64,000 nt of DNA from Oligoflexia bacterium (GTDB lineage: Bacteria; Bdellovibrionota; UBA1018): assembly GCA_963758495.1 (NCBI GenBank), contig CAVWVI010000003.1, positions 1,600,001 through 1,664,000 on the forward strand, written 5' to 3'. Each line of letters starts with the position of its first letter. Positions within the stretch are counted from its first letter, which is position 1. Positions 1 through 11,275 of this stretch are shown in pieces. Position numbers and translations under genes: made by a program. The notes below the pieces were generated by a model. The model saw only the letters and a list, made by a program, of their open reading frames with translations, did no database searches and was not told where the DNA came from.

Positions 1-399
1 CATTACCCTGCAAATTACGGTTTTATTCCAAAAACTTACTGTAAAGATCATGATCCTTTAGATGTTCTCGTATTGGGCCAAGAGGCAGTAGTGCCCCTTT
101 CAATTTTGGTTGCAAAGCCTATTGGCGTTATGAAAATGTTAGATCAAGGCGTTGAGGATGATAAAATCATTGCTGTTCATGCAAACGACCCTGAGTATAA
201 TCATTACAATTCCATCCAAGATCTTCCGCCTCATCGAATGATCGAAATCAAACGATTTTTTGAAGATTATAAAATTTTAGAGCACAAGTCTGTAGTCATT
301 GAGAAATTTTTAGGTCCAGCGGATGCGATATCTGTAATTCAAACCGCAATCGAATACTATAACCAGGAGCGAGCTCATCTGATTTATCGGTCGAAATAA
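1..399 (+). CDS. ppa: Inorganic pyrophosphatase (family I), 5' end outside window
   Basis: Frame 1 is open from base 1: [24 protein letters not shown]...DDKIIAV...FFEDYK, the family I PPase motifs. Confidence 0.95.
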   Translation, partial: HYPANYGFIPKTYCKDHDPLDVLVLGQEAVVPLSILVAKPIGVMKMLDQGVEDDKIIAVHANDPEYNHYNSIQDLPPHRMIEIKRFFEDYKILEHKSVVIEKFLGPADAISVIQTAIEYYNQERAHLIYRSK

Positions 400-498
400 G
401 AATGCATGCTGAAAAATTGACGATAATCTTGAGAAATGGATCAAATACTCGACATAACCTTTGATTCTTGAACCAAAAAATAGCATATTAGTCTTCTT

Positions 499-1230
499 AT
501 GATACAGCTAAAGAAAGCAGTCACCTCGGCGGTGGGACAGAAATTTCTGATGGCACTCTCAGGAATTGGACTTGTCCTATTTATTATAGTTCACCTTCTG
601 GGCAATCTGACTCTTTATAAGAGCGATGGATCGACATTTAATGTTTATGCCAATACTTTAGATAGTTATGGTTTGTTATTAACCGTGGCTGAAGTCGGGC
701 TACTGGCTGTTTTTCTTCTTCATATTGTTACTGCCATTTTAGTGACTCGGAGAAATAGGACCGCCCGCCCTATTGGTTATCGTACCTGGCGATCTAAGAG
801 TAATCAAAGCAGTCAAAGTAATGAAGCCAATCCTAGTAATATCTCATCACGAAATATGATTATAAGTGGATTGATTATACTGGGTTTTTTGATTTTGCAT
901 ATTTATCAATTTCGGTTTGGTCCAGGAATTGAGCAAGGTTATGTGACTCAGGTTCAAGGCCATCAGATGGTTGATCTCTATCGATTGGTACGAGAAGTCT
1001 TTTCAAATCCTCTTTATGTGGGGATTTATATTGTTTCCATGATCCTTTTGGGAACTCATTTGAGGCATGGATTCTGGAGTATGTTCCAGTCCTTAGGTAT
1101 GATGAAAGCAAGAGCGAGTCGTCAAGTTTATTGTATAAGCTTCTTGATCGCATTTGTTCTCAGTCTTGGATTTTTATTAATTCCTGTTTGGATGTATTTT
1201 GGTGTCGCGAGAGGCGGAGTACTACAATGA
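499..1230 (+). CDS. sdhC: Succinate dehydrogenase/fumarate reductase cytochrome b subunit
   Basis: [33 protein letters not shown]; about 5 TM helices; ATGA overlap with sdhA. Confidence 0.93.
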   Translation: MIQLKKAVTSAVGQKFLMALSGIGLVLFIIVHLLGNLTLYKSDGSTFNVYANTLDSYGLLLTVAEVGLLAVFLLHIVTAILVTRRNRTARPIGYRTWRSKSNQSSQSNEANPSNISSRNMIISGLIILGFLILHIYQFRFGPGIEQGYVTQVQGHQMVDLYRLVREVFSNPLYVGIYIVSMILLGTHLRHGFWSMFQSLGMMKARASRQVYCISFLIAFVLSLGFLLIPVWMYFGVARGGVLQ

Positions 1231-3152
1231 AGTTAGATTCTAAGATTCCCAGTGGACCGCTGGAGTCAAAGTGGGAAAACCATAAAGATCATATCAAGCT
1301 CGTTAATCCTGCAAATAAACGCAAACACACGATCTTAGTCGTCGGGTCTGGTCTTGCAGGCGCATCGGCAGCAGCCTCACTTGCTGAGCTAGGTTACAAT
1401 GTAAAGTGTTTTTGTATTCAAGACTCTCCCCGAAGAGCGCACAGTATTGCTGCCCAGGGGGGAATTAATGCCGCGAAAAACTATGCTAATGATGGAGATA
1501 GTATTTTTCGTCTCTTCTACGATACCGTAAAAGGCGGAGACTTCCGTTCCCGAGAGGCAAACGTATATCGTTTGGCACAACTCAGTGTTAATATTATCGA
1601 CCAATGTGCAGCCCAAGGTGTTCCTTTTGCTCGAGAATACAGTGGGGAGCTCTCTAATCGCTCTTTTGGCGGCGCTCAAGTTTCTAGAACTTTTTATGCT
1701 CGTGGGCAGACCGGCCAGCAACTTCTGTTAGGTGCTTATGGCGCTCTCATGAGGCAAGTCGATGCCGGTAAAGTGGAAATGTTGTCTCGTCGTGAAATGC
1801 TTGATTTAGTCCTTGTGGGCGGTAAAGCCCGAGGACTCATTATGCGTAATCTGGTGAACGGTAAACTTGAGCGTTATGCGGGAGATGCTGTTATTTTGGC
1901 GACCGGTGGTTATGGTCGAATTTATTACTTATCCACCAATGCTATGAATTCAAATGCAACGGCTGTCTGGCGGGCTCATAAACGAGGTGCTCTTTTTGCG
2001 AATCCTTGTTTTACGCAAATTCATCCAACTTGCATTCCAGTTTCAGGTGATCATCAATCCAAGTTGACACTCATGAGTGAAAGCCTCAGAAACGATGGTA
2101 GAGTTTGGGTTCCTTTGAAAAAGGAAGACGTTAAGAAATCTCCTGATCAAATACCGGATTCTGATCGTGATTATTATCTCGAACGGAAATATCCGAGCTT
2201 TGGCAATTTAGTGCCAAGGGATGTGGCTTCAAGAAATGCAAAAGAAGTCTGTGATGAAGGTCGAGGAGTGGGTGAAAGCGGATTATCCGTATACCTTGAT
2301 TTTCGAGATGCTATCAAGAGAGATGGAAAAAAACTCATTCAAGATAAGTATGGGAATCTTTTTGATATGTACCAAAGCATTACTGCGGAGAACCCCTACG
2401 AAGTGCCGATGAGGATTTATCCTGCAATTCATTACACTATGGGTGGTCTCTGGGTAGATTACAATTTAATGTCTACAATTCCTGGACTTCATGTATTAGG
2501 TGAAGCGAATTTTTCTGATCACGGTGCCAATCGTCTTGGAGCTAGTGCGCTGATGCAGGGCTTGGCGGATGGATATTTTGTCATTCCTTATACGATTGGA
2601 GATTATATAGCGTCAAATGATCTTCCAAAAGTGACAACGAACGCACCTGAATTCGTTGCGATTGAGTTGGAAGTAAAACAGCAAATTCAAACTCTATTGA
2701 AAGCTGGAAATCAAAAGGCTAAAAAAACTGTCAATGAATTCTATCGTGAGTTGGGTCTACTGATGTGGAATGATGTTGGCATGGCTCGTTCAGAACAGGG
2801 TTTACGAAGTGTGATTCAAAAAATCACTCGCCTCCGTGAAGAATTCTGGCAAGGTGTAAATATTTCAGGAAGCGCGGATACCCTGAATAAAAATCTTGAA
2901 GTTGCGGGAAGAGTCGCTGATTTTCTTGAATTGGGAGAATTGATGGCAAGAGATGCTCTTTATCGAACTGAATCTTGTGGTGGACATTTCCGAGTGGAAA
3001 GCCAAACTCCTGAAGGCGAAGCCAATCGAGACGATTCTCAGTTTTCGCATGTTGCGGCTTGGGAGTATAAAGGTGTCGGGAAAGAACCGGTTCTACATAA
3101 AGAACCTCTAGAGTTTGAAAATGTACACCTCGCACAGCGGAGCTACAAGTAG
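1227..3152 (+). CDS. sdhA: Succinate dehydrogenase/fumarate reductase flavoprotein subunit
   Basis: GSGLAG FAD motif, [12 protein letters not shown] covalent-FAD His, HYTMGG, HGANRLG; start placed at ATG 1227 overlapping the sdhC stop. Confidence 0.96.
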   Translation: MKLDSKIPSGPLESKWENHKDHIKLVNPANKRKHTILVVGSGLAGASAAASLAELGYNVKCFCIQDSPRRAHSIAAQGGINAAKNYANDGDSIFRLFYDTVKGGDFRSREANVYRLAQLSVNIIDQCAAQGVPFAREYSGELSNRSFGGAQVSRTFYARGQTGQQLLLGAYGALMRQVDAGKVEMLSRREMLDLVLVGGKARGLIMRNLVNGKLERYAGDAVILATGGYGRIYYLSTNAMNSNATAVWRAHKRGALFANPCFTQIHPTCIPVSGDHQSKLTLMSESLRNDGRVWVPLKKEDVKKSPDQIPDSDRDYYLERKYPSFGNLVPRDVASRNAKEVCDEGRGVGESGLSVYLDFRDAIKRDGKKLIQDKYGNLFDMYQSITAENPYEVPMRIYPAIHYTMGGLWVDYNLMSTIPGLHVLGEANFSDHGANRLGASALMQGLADGYFVIPYTIGDYIASNDLPKVTTNAPEFVAIELEVKQQIQTLLKAGNQKAKKTVNEFYRELGLLMWNDVGMARSEQGLRSVIQKITRLREEFWQGVNISGSADTLNKNLEVAGRVADFLELGELMARDALYRTESCGGHFRVESQTPEGEANRDDSQFSHVAAWEYKGVGKEPVLHKEPLEFENVHLAQRSYK

Positions 3153-3162
3153 AGGAGTTTTT

Positions 3163-3924
3163 ATGGCCAACACACAGAACATGACGTTAAATCTTGAAAT
3201 TTGGCGACAAAAAGATCGTGATCAAGCAGGATCTTTTGCCTCTTACGCCATCGCGGGAGTATCGCCCGATATGTCGTTTCTTGAGATGCTCGACTATCTC
3301 AATGAAGATTTGCTTAAGAAAGGGATTGAGCCCGTTGAGTTCGATAGTGATTGTCGTGAAGGGATCTGTGGTAGCTGCGGCTGTATGATTAATGGCCAAG
3401 CACATGGCCCAAAAGTAGGAATGGCAACATGTCAGCTTCATATGCGATCCTTTTCCGACGGACAAACCATTGTGATCGAGCCTTGGAGAGCTAAAGCATT
3501 TCCTGTGATCAAGGATTTGGTTGTGGATCGAGGAGCGCTCGATCGAATTATCGCAACGGGGGGATACGTTTCCGTTAAAGCCGGCCCTCATGTTGATGCT
3601 AACGCTATTTTAATTCCGAAGCCGATTGCTGATCAGGCCATGGATTCAGCAGCTTGTATTGGCTGTGGCGCCTGTGTAGCAGCTTGCCCGAACGCTTCAG
3701 TGTCTCTCTTTACGGCTGCAAAGATTAATCAAATGGCTCTGATGCCACAAGGACATCCAGAAAGAAAACAACGAGTGCAGCGCATGGTTGATCAAATGGA
3801 TCTTGAAGGGTTTGGAAACTGTACTAATATTGGCGAATGTCGTGCGGCTTGTCCTAAAGAGATTTCTATCGATACTATTGCGAGAATGAAAGAAGAATAT
3901 CGCCAGGCAGTCATTGGCAAATAG
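3163..3924 (+). CDS. sdhB: Succinate dehydrogenase/fumarate reductase iron-sulfur subunit
   Basis: [41 protein letters not shown] before ATG 3163. Confidence 0.96.
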   Translation: MANTQNMTLNLEIWRQKDRDQAGSFASYAIAGVSPDMSFLEMLDYLNEDLLKKGIEPVEFDSDCREGICGSCGCMINGQAHGPKVGMATCQLHMRSFSDGQTIVIEPWRAKAFPVIKDLVVDRGALDRIIATGGYVSVKAGPHVDANAILIPKPIADQAMDSAACIGCGACVAACPNASVSLFTAAKINQMALMPQGHPERKQRVQRMVDQMDLEGFGNCTNIGECRAACPKEISIDTIARMKEEYRQAVIGK

Positions 3925-3927
3925 ACC

Positions 3928-6544
3928 GTGAATTGGCCATTATTTCAACGTTTACCTAAAAAAGAACAACTCACGAGCGACGTAGTTCTTGATCATTTTC
4001 TCGACTTTGTTAAAGAAAACCGCCTCGAATTGTATTCAGCACAAGAAGAGGCCATTCTTGAATTGTTCGCAGGAAAAAATGTAATTTTAAATACGCCAAC
4101 AGGGTCAGGTAAATCTCTTGTTGCGACAGCATTACATTTTTACTCGCTTGCCTTTGGAAAACGGTCGATTTACACCTGTCCTATTAAGGCGCTAGTCAAT
4201 GAAAAGTTCCTGGCACTTTGCCGTGATTTTGGTCCTGAACAAGTCGGAATGATAACAGGTGATGCATCTGTTAATCCTGGTGCTCATATTCTCTGTTGTA
4301 CCGCTGAAATTCTCTCAAATGATGCGCTTCGTTTAGGGCAACAAGCTGAGATCAGTGACATTATCATGGATGAATTCCACTATTATTCGGATCGTGACCG
4401 AGGAGTCGCGTGGCAAATTCCGCTTCTCACACTTCCACAATCCCGCTTTCTATTGATGTCAGCCACCTTAGGAGACACTGGCAACTTTGAAAAGGGTCTG
4501 ACCCAGCTCAATAATCGTGAAACGGTTGTGGTACGATCATCGGAGAGACCTGTTCCATTAATTTATGAATACGTTGAAACGCCCCTTCATGAAACAGTTG
4601 CAAAACTTATTTCACAAGATCGTGCACCTATCTATCTTGTGAATTTCACTCAAAGGGACTGTGCAGAAGAAGCTCAGAATTTCTTAAGTACGGACTTTTG
4701 CACTAAAGAAGAAAAGAAAAAAATTGCATTAGCATTAGAAGGTACAAAATTTTCAAGTCCATACGGCAAAGAAATTCAAAAGCTAATTAAACATGGCATA
4801 GGAATTCACCACGCAGGATTACTTCCAAAATATCGAATACTCATTGAACGATTGGCTCAAAAAGGGCTCTTAAAAATTATCTCTGGAACAGATACTTTAG
4901 GTGTGGGTGTGAATGTTCCGATTCGTACCGTGCTTTTCAGTAAGCTCTGTAAATTTGACGGTGAAAAAACTCAGATTCTTAGTGTTCGAGATTTTCAACA
5001 AATTAGTGGAAGAGCGGGTAGGCGGGGGTTCGATCATCAGGGTTCTGTCATTGTCCAAGCTCCTGAACATATTATTGAAAATTTACGAATGGAGCAAAAA
5101 GCAGCAGGGGATTCAAAAAAATTACGTAAAATAGTAAAACGAAAACCTCCTGAAAAAGGATATGTGCCCTGGAATAAGGAAACCTTTACGCGGCTTACCA
5201 CTGGACAGCCAGAGGCTTTGATCTCTCGCTTCAAAGTTTCACATGCGATGCTCCTGAATGTTTTGAGCCGACAAAATGAAAATGGGGGACGTGCGATGCA
5301 AAAGATGATTCGTAAATCCCATGAATCACCTTCTGCTAAGCGTCAGCATAGAAAAACCGCATTTCAGCTATTTAGGTCACTCGTTGAACGTAAGATCATC
5401 GAACTCTCCCCTCTGAGAATCAATATTGATCTCCAAGAGGATTTTTCGCTTAATCATACCTTGTCTCTTTATTTGTTGGATACAATTAAACTTTTAGATC
5501 CTCTTCATCCAAATTATGCATTGGACCTTTTAACGTTGGTTGAATCTATATTAGAAAACCCCGATCTCATTTTAAGAAAGCAATTAGATCGTATTAAAAC
5601 TGAAAAAATGGATGAGATGAAGATGGATGGTGTCGAATATGACGACCGGATTGCTGAGCTTGAAAAATTAGAATATCCAAAGCCCAATCGTGAGTTTATA
5701 TACGGTACATTTAATGAATTCGCATCTTCTCACCCGTGGGTGGGCCAAGAAAATATTCGCCCGAAATCCATTGTTCGGGAAATGTACGAAACTTTTCAAT
5801 CCTTTTCGGAATATATTCGAGATTACAATCTGCAGCGTGCTGAGGGATTGCTTCTCAGATACCTCTCTGACGTTTACAAAACGCTGATTCAAACTGTTCC
5901 AGAAAATTCAAAAAATGATGAAATAGATGCAATCATTGTGTATCTCGGATCTATGATTAGACAAATTGACTCAAGCCTACTCGATGAGTGGGAACGATTG
6001 AGAGATCCTAAGTGGGTCAGTCGCGAAATCGATGACACAAGCTCAAATGGGGATGAAAAATCAAAGAATTCGTCCAAAGGATTTTCCTGATGTTACGCGG
6101 AATCGAAAGGCATTTACAATTCTAGTGCGAAATGAAATCTTTCGTTTTGTTAAATCTTTAGCAGCGAAGGATTATGAAGCCGTACTTGCTATTTTAGAAG
6201 GCGTACCAGAATCAGTGCCAGAATCTGGCCCAGATTCTGAATCAAATTCTGAACCAAATTCTGAAATAGAAGAGCCACAGTGGACGCTTGATAGGCTTGC
6301 AGACTGCATGCAAGATTATTATGATTCAGAGCACTTAAAGATGCGTACTGATACTGAGGCCCGGAGCGCAAAATTTACCTTGATCGAGTATCGTGAACAA
6401 GAGCAGCAATGGGAAATACAGCAAATCCTTGTAGACCCTGATGGTCACAATGATTGGGCAATTGATTTTTCATTAAATATTGAACATTCACGGCATATCT
6501 CAAAACCTGCTTTGAAATTAGTAAAAATTGGACCGCTTGGGTAG
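3928..6544 (+). CDS. Ski2-like DEAD/DEAH-box helicase with DUF3516-type C-terminus, split by a +1 frame break near 6085-6091
   Basis: [31 protein letters not shown] in 3928-6090; continuation [19 protein letters not shown]...[12 protein letters not shown] in the +1 frame to 6544. Confidence 0.85.
6206..6265 (+). repeat. Five imperfect 12-bp tandem repeats encoding an acidic Pro/Ser linker
   Basis: ccagaatcagtg ccagaatctggc ccagattctgaa tcaaattctgaa ccaaattctgaa ([20 protein letters not shown]). Confidence 0.8.
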
Positions 6545-6560
6545 TCAATTAAACTAGAGT

Positions 6561-6576
6561 TGGACTTGGAATTGCA
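6561..6576 (+). promoter_or_regulatory. Putative sigma54 (-24/-12) promoter
   Basis: TGGACTTGGAATTGCA; GG and GC 12 bp apart, just upstream of ATG 6591. Confidence 0.55.
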
Positions 6577-6590
6577 AAAAAATATCTTCT

Positions 6591-6821
6591 ATGAATTCGC
6601 TAGCCCATGATTCTATCAAAGAAGCTGAACTTGAAGTACAAGAACGAAACGAACATATGGAGGAGGTGTTGGATCAGCTTCAAGAAAAAATAGATAAAAG
6701 CATTCTTCGATTTTCAAAACTAAAACAAGCGGCAAAAAATCTTCCTGTCCTGGTAGGAATGGTTATTGTTGTTGGCATTTTTTTTGGTCAACTGATCAAA
6801 ATGTCTTTTAATAGTAAGTAG
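6591..6821 (+). CDS. Small coiled-coil protein with C-terminal TM anchor (DUF3618/DUF883-like)
   Basis: Helical acidic N-part followed by PVLVGMVIVVGIFFG. Confidence 0.6.
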   Translation: MNSLAHDSIKEAELEVQERNEHMEEVLDQLQEKIDKSILRFSKLKQAAKNLPVLVGMVIVVGIFFGQLIKMSFNSK

Positions 6822-6920
6822 TTCCTTTAGGGGTAAAAATTTGGATTCCCCGTGCAACAGGCCTCCTTACAGTCCTTACTATTGACTTAGCGAGAGCTTC
6901 TGCATTAATAAATAAAATCT

Positions 6921-8171
6921 ATGATAAATCCAAAAGTCCTCATGATTGGCTATGTTTGGCCTGAGCCACAATCCTCAGCTGCGGGACTCCGGGATTGGAA
7001 CCTTATTGAAACCCTTCTTCAAGCTCAATGGAATGTAAGCTATATTTCACCCTCAGCGCAAAATGCGTACTCTCAAAGACTGCAAGATTTGGGTATTCAT
7101 ACTTCTAGCTTTCTTCCAAATGATCCTCGATTTGATCAATTTATTCAGGAGTTACAGCCTGATTACGTCATCTTTGATCGATTTGTCATAGAAGAGCAAT
7201 TTGGATGGCGTGTTAAAGAGCACTGTCCACAAGCTATTCGAGTATTAGATACTCAAGATTTGCATTTTCTTCGAAGAAATCGTGAAAAAGCGCTGAAAGC
7301 TGGAAAAGCCGTTTCTGAAATTGCCCAATGCCAATTTGACCTTATTTCTGATGATACTTTACGTGAGCTAGGATCGATCTATCGAAGTGATTGCTCACTC
7401 CTTGTATCTAGCTTCGAAAAACAATTACTCATGGAACGGTTTAGTATCCCTCATGAATTGCTGTTTTTGCACCGGTTTCATTACGACAACCCTCCTTCTG
7501 TTCCAAGTTTTCATGAACGGGAGGACTTTATGATGATAGGAAATTTCAGGCATCCACCCAATGCAGATGGAATTTTATGGATACGTTCTGAAATTTGGCC
7601 CTTGATCCGTCAGCAGTTACCGACTGCGAAGCTTTATATTTATGGCGCTTACCCGCCCAGGGAGATGATGAATCTATCTGATAAAAAAATAGGATTTAAC
7701 GTGATGGGACCTGTCTCTGATCAATTTGAAACATTAAAACGGCATAGAGTCAACTTAGCTCCCCTTCGGTTTGGTGCTGGAATCAAAGGTAAAATTAGTG
7801 ATGGTTGGTGGTCTGGTACGCCGGTGATTACTACGTCAATTGGATCTGAAGGAATGGCGGAATCCTTACCTTGGGGAGGTGAAGTTGAAGACCAAGCTAT
7901 GATCTTTGCTCAAAAAGCAGTGGATCTTTATTCTCATGAAGCATCTTGGGTAAAAGCGCAAGAGAATGGATTTAGAATCATTCAAAAACTTTACAATAAG
8001 GCTAACCTTTCCCAGGAGTTCATGAATTTGCTTGCACACCTCAAGGAAAATAGGACTGCCTTAAGAAATGCGAATGTAGTTGGATCTATATTGGGTCACC
8101 ATTTATATAAAAGTACTAAGTACTTTTCAAAATGGATTGAAGAAAAGAATAAAAGGCCGCAAGGGCCATAA
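6921..8171 (+). CDS. Glycosyltransferase (GT-B fold, GT4-like)
   Basis: IGYVWPEPQSSAAG, IGNFRHPPNADG, LAPLRFGAGIKGKI. Confidence 0.85.
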   Translation: MINPKVLMIGYVWPEPQSSAAGLRDWNLIETLLQAQWNVSYISPSAQNAYSQRLQDLGIHTSSFLPNDPRFDQFIQELQPDYVIFDRFVIEEQFGWRVKEHCPQAIRVLDTQDLHFLRRNREKALKAGKAVSEIAQCQFDLISDDTLRELGSIYRSDCSLLVSSFEKQLLMERFSIPHELLFLHRFHYDNPPSVPSFHEREDFMMIGNFRHPPNADGILWIRSEIWPLIRQQLPTAKLYIYGAYPPREMMNLSDKKIGFNVMGPVSDQFETLKRHRVNLAPLRFGAGIKGKISDGWWSGTPVITTSIGSEGMAESLPWGGEVEDQAMIFAQKAVDLYSHEASWVKAQENGFRIIQKLYNKANLSQEFMNLLAHLKENRTALRNANVVGSILGHHLYKSTKYFSKWIEEKNKRPQGP

Positions 8172-8185
8172 TGATACGTAGATGA

Positions 8186-9076
8186 CTAAAAGGCTTTTGC
8201 AATAATAGAAGCTTGCAATGACGTGGCAGCCAAAGTGAGATTCGCAGGATAGATGTTAAGAATTGGATTTAAAGTAATGTTTTTTGTAATATCCCAACTG
8301 AATCCTGGTTCGACATCTACCGTAAAATTGCTCATTCCTGATATCAATCCAGTCCCACCATTTCTGGATATTTGAAACAAATCGACCCATAGCGTTGCTG
8401 CAAATTGAGAGTTGATCCGATAATTTGCATTAGGAGCACCGTAGATTTTGTAAGTAATGACATCAGGTGCTGCGGCCGAGGTGGGAATGAAATTTCTCAA
8501 ATAGGTTGAATATCCCACACTCAAATGAGTTTGAGGTACATTATAATTCGCATTTAACATCAGGGTAGTTGAAGCTGCCAAGTTACTTGGTTTTAGACTA
8601 TCTGCTGAAGTGAGAGCAAAAGTTAAATAAAATCTACCATTGAGAGTAAAGCCATCTTTATTGATTATATTTGTTTTTGAAATGAATAAGGCTGGATCAA
8701 GTAATTGTAAATTTTGCCCAGCGTCCACGGGTGCTTCCAAGGGATAATAGAAGAAGTGGCCGATTACCCCGATCATCCAATCATTTTTGATTTTATACCC
8801 AGTTGTTACTAAGCTTTCAATTTGTTGAGGATTTTTGGTATCTGGAGTTCCATCTATTTTGGGTTGAAGTGAGTTACTGATGTCTCCTAAAGAAGGACCT
8901 CGATAGATTCCGAAGTAACTCAGTGTGGCAGTGTCCGAAAGCTTATCCCAAATAGATCTATCAGATGAGATTGAAACATTCTCTACACTCTCAGCATTCG
9001 TATCAGCTTGGGCAATACAGCCAATCATTGCCGTCATTCCGCAGAATGCGAATCTACTTAGTGTGCCCCTCGCCAT
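8186..9076 (-). CDS. Exported protein, probable outer-membrane beta-barrel
   Basis: Signal peptide (AQA), alternating beta-strand pattern, C-terminal Phe. Confidence 0.6.
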   Translation of the reverse strand: MARGTLSRFAFCGMTAMIGCIAQADTNAESVENVSISSDRSIWDKLSDTATLSYFGIYRGPSLGDISNSLQPKIDGTPDTKNPQQIESLVTTGYKIKNDWMIGVIGHFFYYPLEAPVDAGQNLQLLDPALFISKTNIINKDGFTLNGRFYLTFALTSADSLKPSNLAASTTLMLNANYNVPQTHLSVGYSTYLRNFIPTSAAAPDVITYKIYGAPNANYRINSQFAATLWVDLFQISRNGGTGLISGMSNFTVDVEPGFSWDITKNITLNPILNIYPANLTLAATSLQASIIAKAF

Positions 9077-9154
9077 AATTCTTTCCCCTCACTTGAACTC
9101 ACTCAATTTTTTCAATACTTGATTACTCAATTTCCTATCGAGTAGGGGCGATAA

Positions 9155-9170
9155 AGCAAGCTTCTTGCCA
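9155..9170 (-). promoter_or_regulatory. Putative sigma54 promoter of the 8186-9076 gene
   Basis: Minus strand TGGCAAGAAGCTTGCT matches TGGCA-N6-TTGCT; AT-rich tract then ATGTC-N9-GACAT palindrome at 9324-9342 as a possible enhancer. Confidence 0.65.
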
Positions 9171-9473
9171 AAGCTATTAGCAGCAGTCATTTTAGAGCAT
9201 GCTTATTGTTAGCTTCTAAAATTAAGAATATTTATAAGGGATATCATGTAGAATGGTTAAAATGTTATTCTAAAAAGTATAAAGTAATCTAAATTTAAAT
9301 TACTCAGATGTGCGTTAATTTTGATGTCAATACCAAGGACATGGTGTCATTTGTTCACCTCATTAGGGACATTTTGTACTTAAGACTAATTTGGAGCTTG
9401 GACTTGAAATACATTCAAGCTGCATAGCAATATAAATACTTTTATGTTATTAAAGTGTAAATTAAATTAGGTA

Positions 9474-10463
9474 ATGACCAATATGCAAACTGCCACTTAT
9501 TCTTTTGTAATTCCCATATATAATGAATCAGAAACTTTATTTGAACTTTTTGAAAGAATGTTACCTATTCTAGAAAAGTTAGATGGTCCTTCTGAAGTTA
9601 TTTTAGTGGATGACGGCAGTAAAGATAATAGTTACGACTTGATGAAGCAATTAAATCAAAAGGATAATCGATTTAAAACGATCTCGTTGTCTAGGAACTT
9701 TGGTCATCAAGTTGCTATTACCGCTGGGATGGACCACTCAGTGGGTCAGGCAACCATTATTCTTGATTCAGATCTTCAAGATCCACCTGAAGTCATCTTA
9801 GAGATGGTATCCAAATGGAAGGAAGGCTATTCCATTGTTTATGGTTTAAGAAAAGAAAGAGAACAGGAGACGCTTTTTAAAAAGGTGACAGCATCACTAT
9901 TTTATCGATTGCTAAAAAAAATCTCTGAAGTGGATATACCATTAGATACCGGAGACTTTCGATTGGTGGATAGAAAGGCATTAAATGCCTTTCTACAGCT
10001 TCGAGAAAGGAATCGTTATGTACGAGGGATGTTTAGTTGGATCGGTTTTAAACAAATTGGAGTTACCTATAAGCGGCAAGGGCGTTTTGCAGGAACTACT
10101 AAATATCCATTTAAGAAAATGCTTAGGCTAGCTTCCGATGGTGTCATTGGTTTTTCTACCTTGCCTCTCAGATTGTCTTTAAAACTTGGTTTTATTATAT
10201 CTAGTCTCTCTTTTTTAATTGGATTGTGGGCGATATTTCTAAAATTGACGGGCCTTTATACCGTTACTGGATGGACTTCTCTTGCAGTTATGGTCTCATT
10301 TTTGGGCGGCACTCAATTGGTCATGATTGGAGTTTTAGGAGAATATTTTGCTAGAATGCAGGATGAAATTAAAGGTAGACCCCTTTATTTAATTCAAGAA
10401 GCAAGAGGAATTGATATTCAGGAATTAATTCATCGCACCCAAGGCCTTGGGAGAAGGTCTTAG
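9474..10463 (+). CDS. Glycosyltransferase family 2 (GtrB/polyprenol-phosphate glycosyltransferase-like)
   Basis: VIPIYNE, VDDGSKD, LSRNFGHQ, DSDLQDPP, GDFRLVDR; two C-terminal TM helices. Confidence 0.92.
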   Translation: MTNMQTATYSFVIPIYNESETLFELFERMLPILEKLDGPSEVILVDDGSKDNSYDLMKQLNQKDNRFKTISLSRNFGHQVAITAGMDHSVGQATIILDSDLQDPPEVILEMVSKWKEGYSIVYGLRKEREQETLFKKVTASLFYRLLKKISEVDIPLDTGDFRLVDRKALNAFLQLRERNRYVRGMFSWIGFKQIGVTYKRQGRFAGTTKYPFKKMLRLASDGVIGFSTLPLRLSLKLGFIISSLSFLIGLWAIFLKLTGLYTVTGWTSLAVMVSFLGGTQLVMIGVLGEYFARMQDEIKGRPLYLIQEARGIDIQELIHRTQGLGRRS

Positions 10464-10478
10464 CTTCCGTATCTATTT

Positions 10479-11207
10479 ATGATGAAATTCCAAGGAACGC
10501 TCTATTGTATACATGGATTCTTAGGACTTCCTTCTGATTGGGATGCGGTCATACCTAAAAGTATAAAATCTGTTAAATCGGATTTATTTTCTCCTCAGAT
10601 GAAGGAAGGTTCAATAAAACTAAATTTTAATGAACTTTCAAGGTGGATTAATATTCAAGTGGAATCTCTTTCTCAGCCTCGGGTACTCATTGGATATTCG
10701 CTAGGAGGAAGAATTGCATTGCATGCATTGCTCAACTCCCCTCAGTATTGGTCAGGTGCAGTGATTATTTCAGCACATCCTGGTTTATCCAATCAGAGCG
10801 AGCGAGATCAACGAATTCAAAGAGATTTTGCATGGGCCAAAAGGTTTGAAGAAAATGATTGGAATACGGTTATTTCAGATTGGAATTCGCAACCGGTATT
10901 TAAAGGAAGTATTCGTGAGCCAGAACGAAAACCATCTTCTTATTCCCGTCAACTGATTGCTGATTCTCTTCGTGGTTGCTCGCTGGGAGTTCAAAGTGAT
11001 CTTAGCAATAGACTGAAAGAATTCACAAAGCCAATTCTTTGGGTAGTGGGAGAACGAGATACAAAATTTCTTACTCTCGCTGAGGATTTGAAGTCGAATC
11101 ATTCTTCAATTCAAGTTGTCGTGGTACCACAATCAGGTCATCGGGTTCTTTTCGATCAACCCGAGCTACTGAGTCAAATTTTGATTCAGTATTTAGAACT
11201 GCTTTGA
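10479..11207 (+). CDS. menH: Alpha/beta hydrolase, MenH (SHCHC synthase)-like
   Basis: HGFLG, GYSLGGRIAL, ISAHPGL, GERDTKF, SGH. Confidence 0.72.
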   Translation: MMKFQGTLYCIHGFLGLPSDWDAVIPKSIKSVKSDLFSPQMKEGSIKLNFNELSRWINIQVESLSQPRVLIGYSLGGRIALHALLNSPQYWSGAVIISAHPGLSNQSERDQRIQRDFAWAKRFEENDWNTVISDWNSQPVFKGSIREPERKPSSYSRQLIADSLRGCSLGVQSDLSNRLKEFTKPILWVVGERDTKFLTLAEDLKSNHSSIQVVVVPQSGHRVLFDQPELLSQILIQYLELL

Positions 11208-11275
11208 TGCCAGGGAAAAATTTACCTATTTTCAAGATAATAAAAAATATTTAGAATCTTAGAAAAGGGATTCAC

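Noticed and set aside
1131..1226. N-terminal extension of SdhA (similarly 3115-3162 for SdhB, 16779-16847 for HutG, 44179-44295 for the cNMP protein)
   Set aside because: These overlap neighbouring genes; downstream ATGs with coupling, SD or -10 signals fit better.
9363..9374. TTAGGGACATTT resembling the island arm repeat
   Set aside because: Far from any att site or integrase; more likely chance or an activator half-site.
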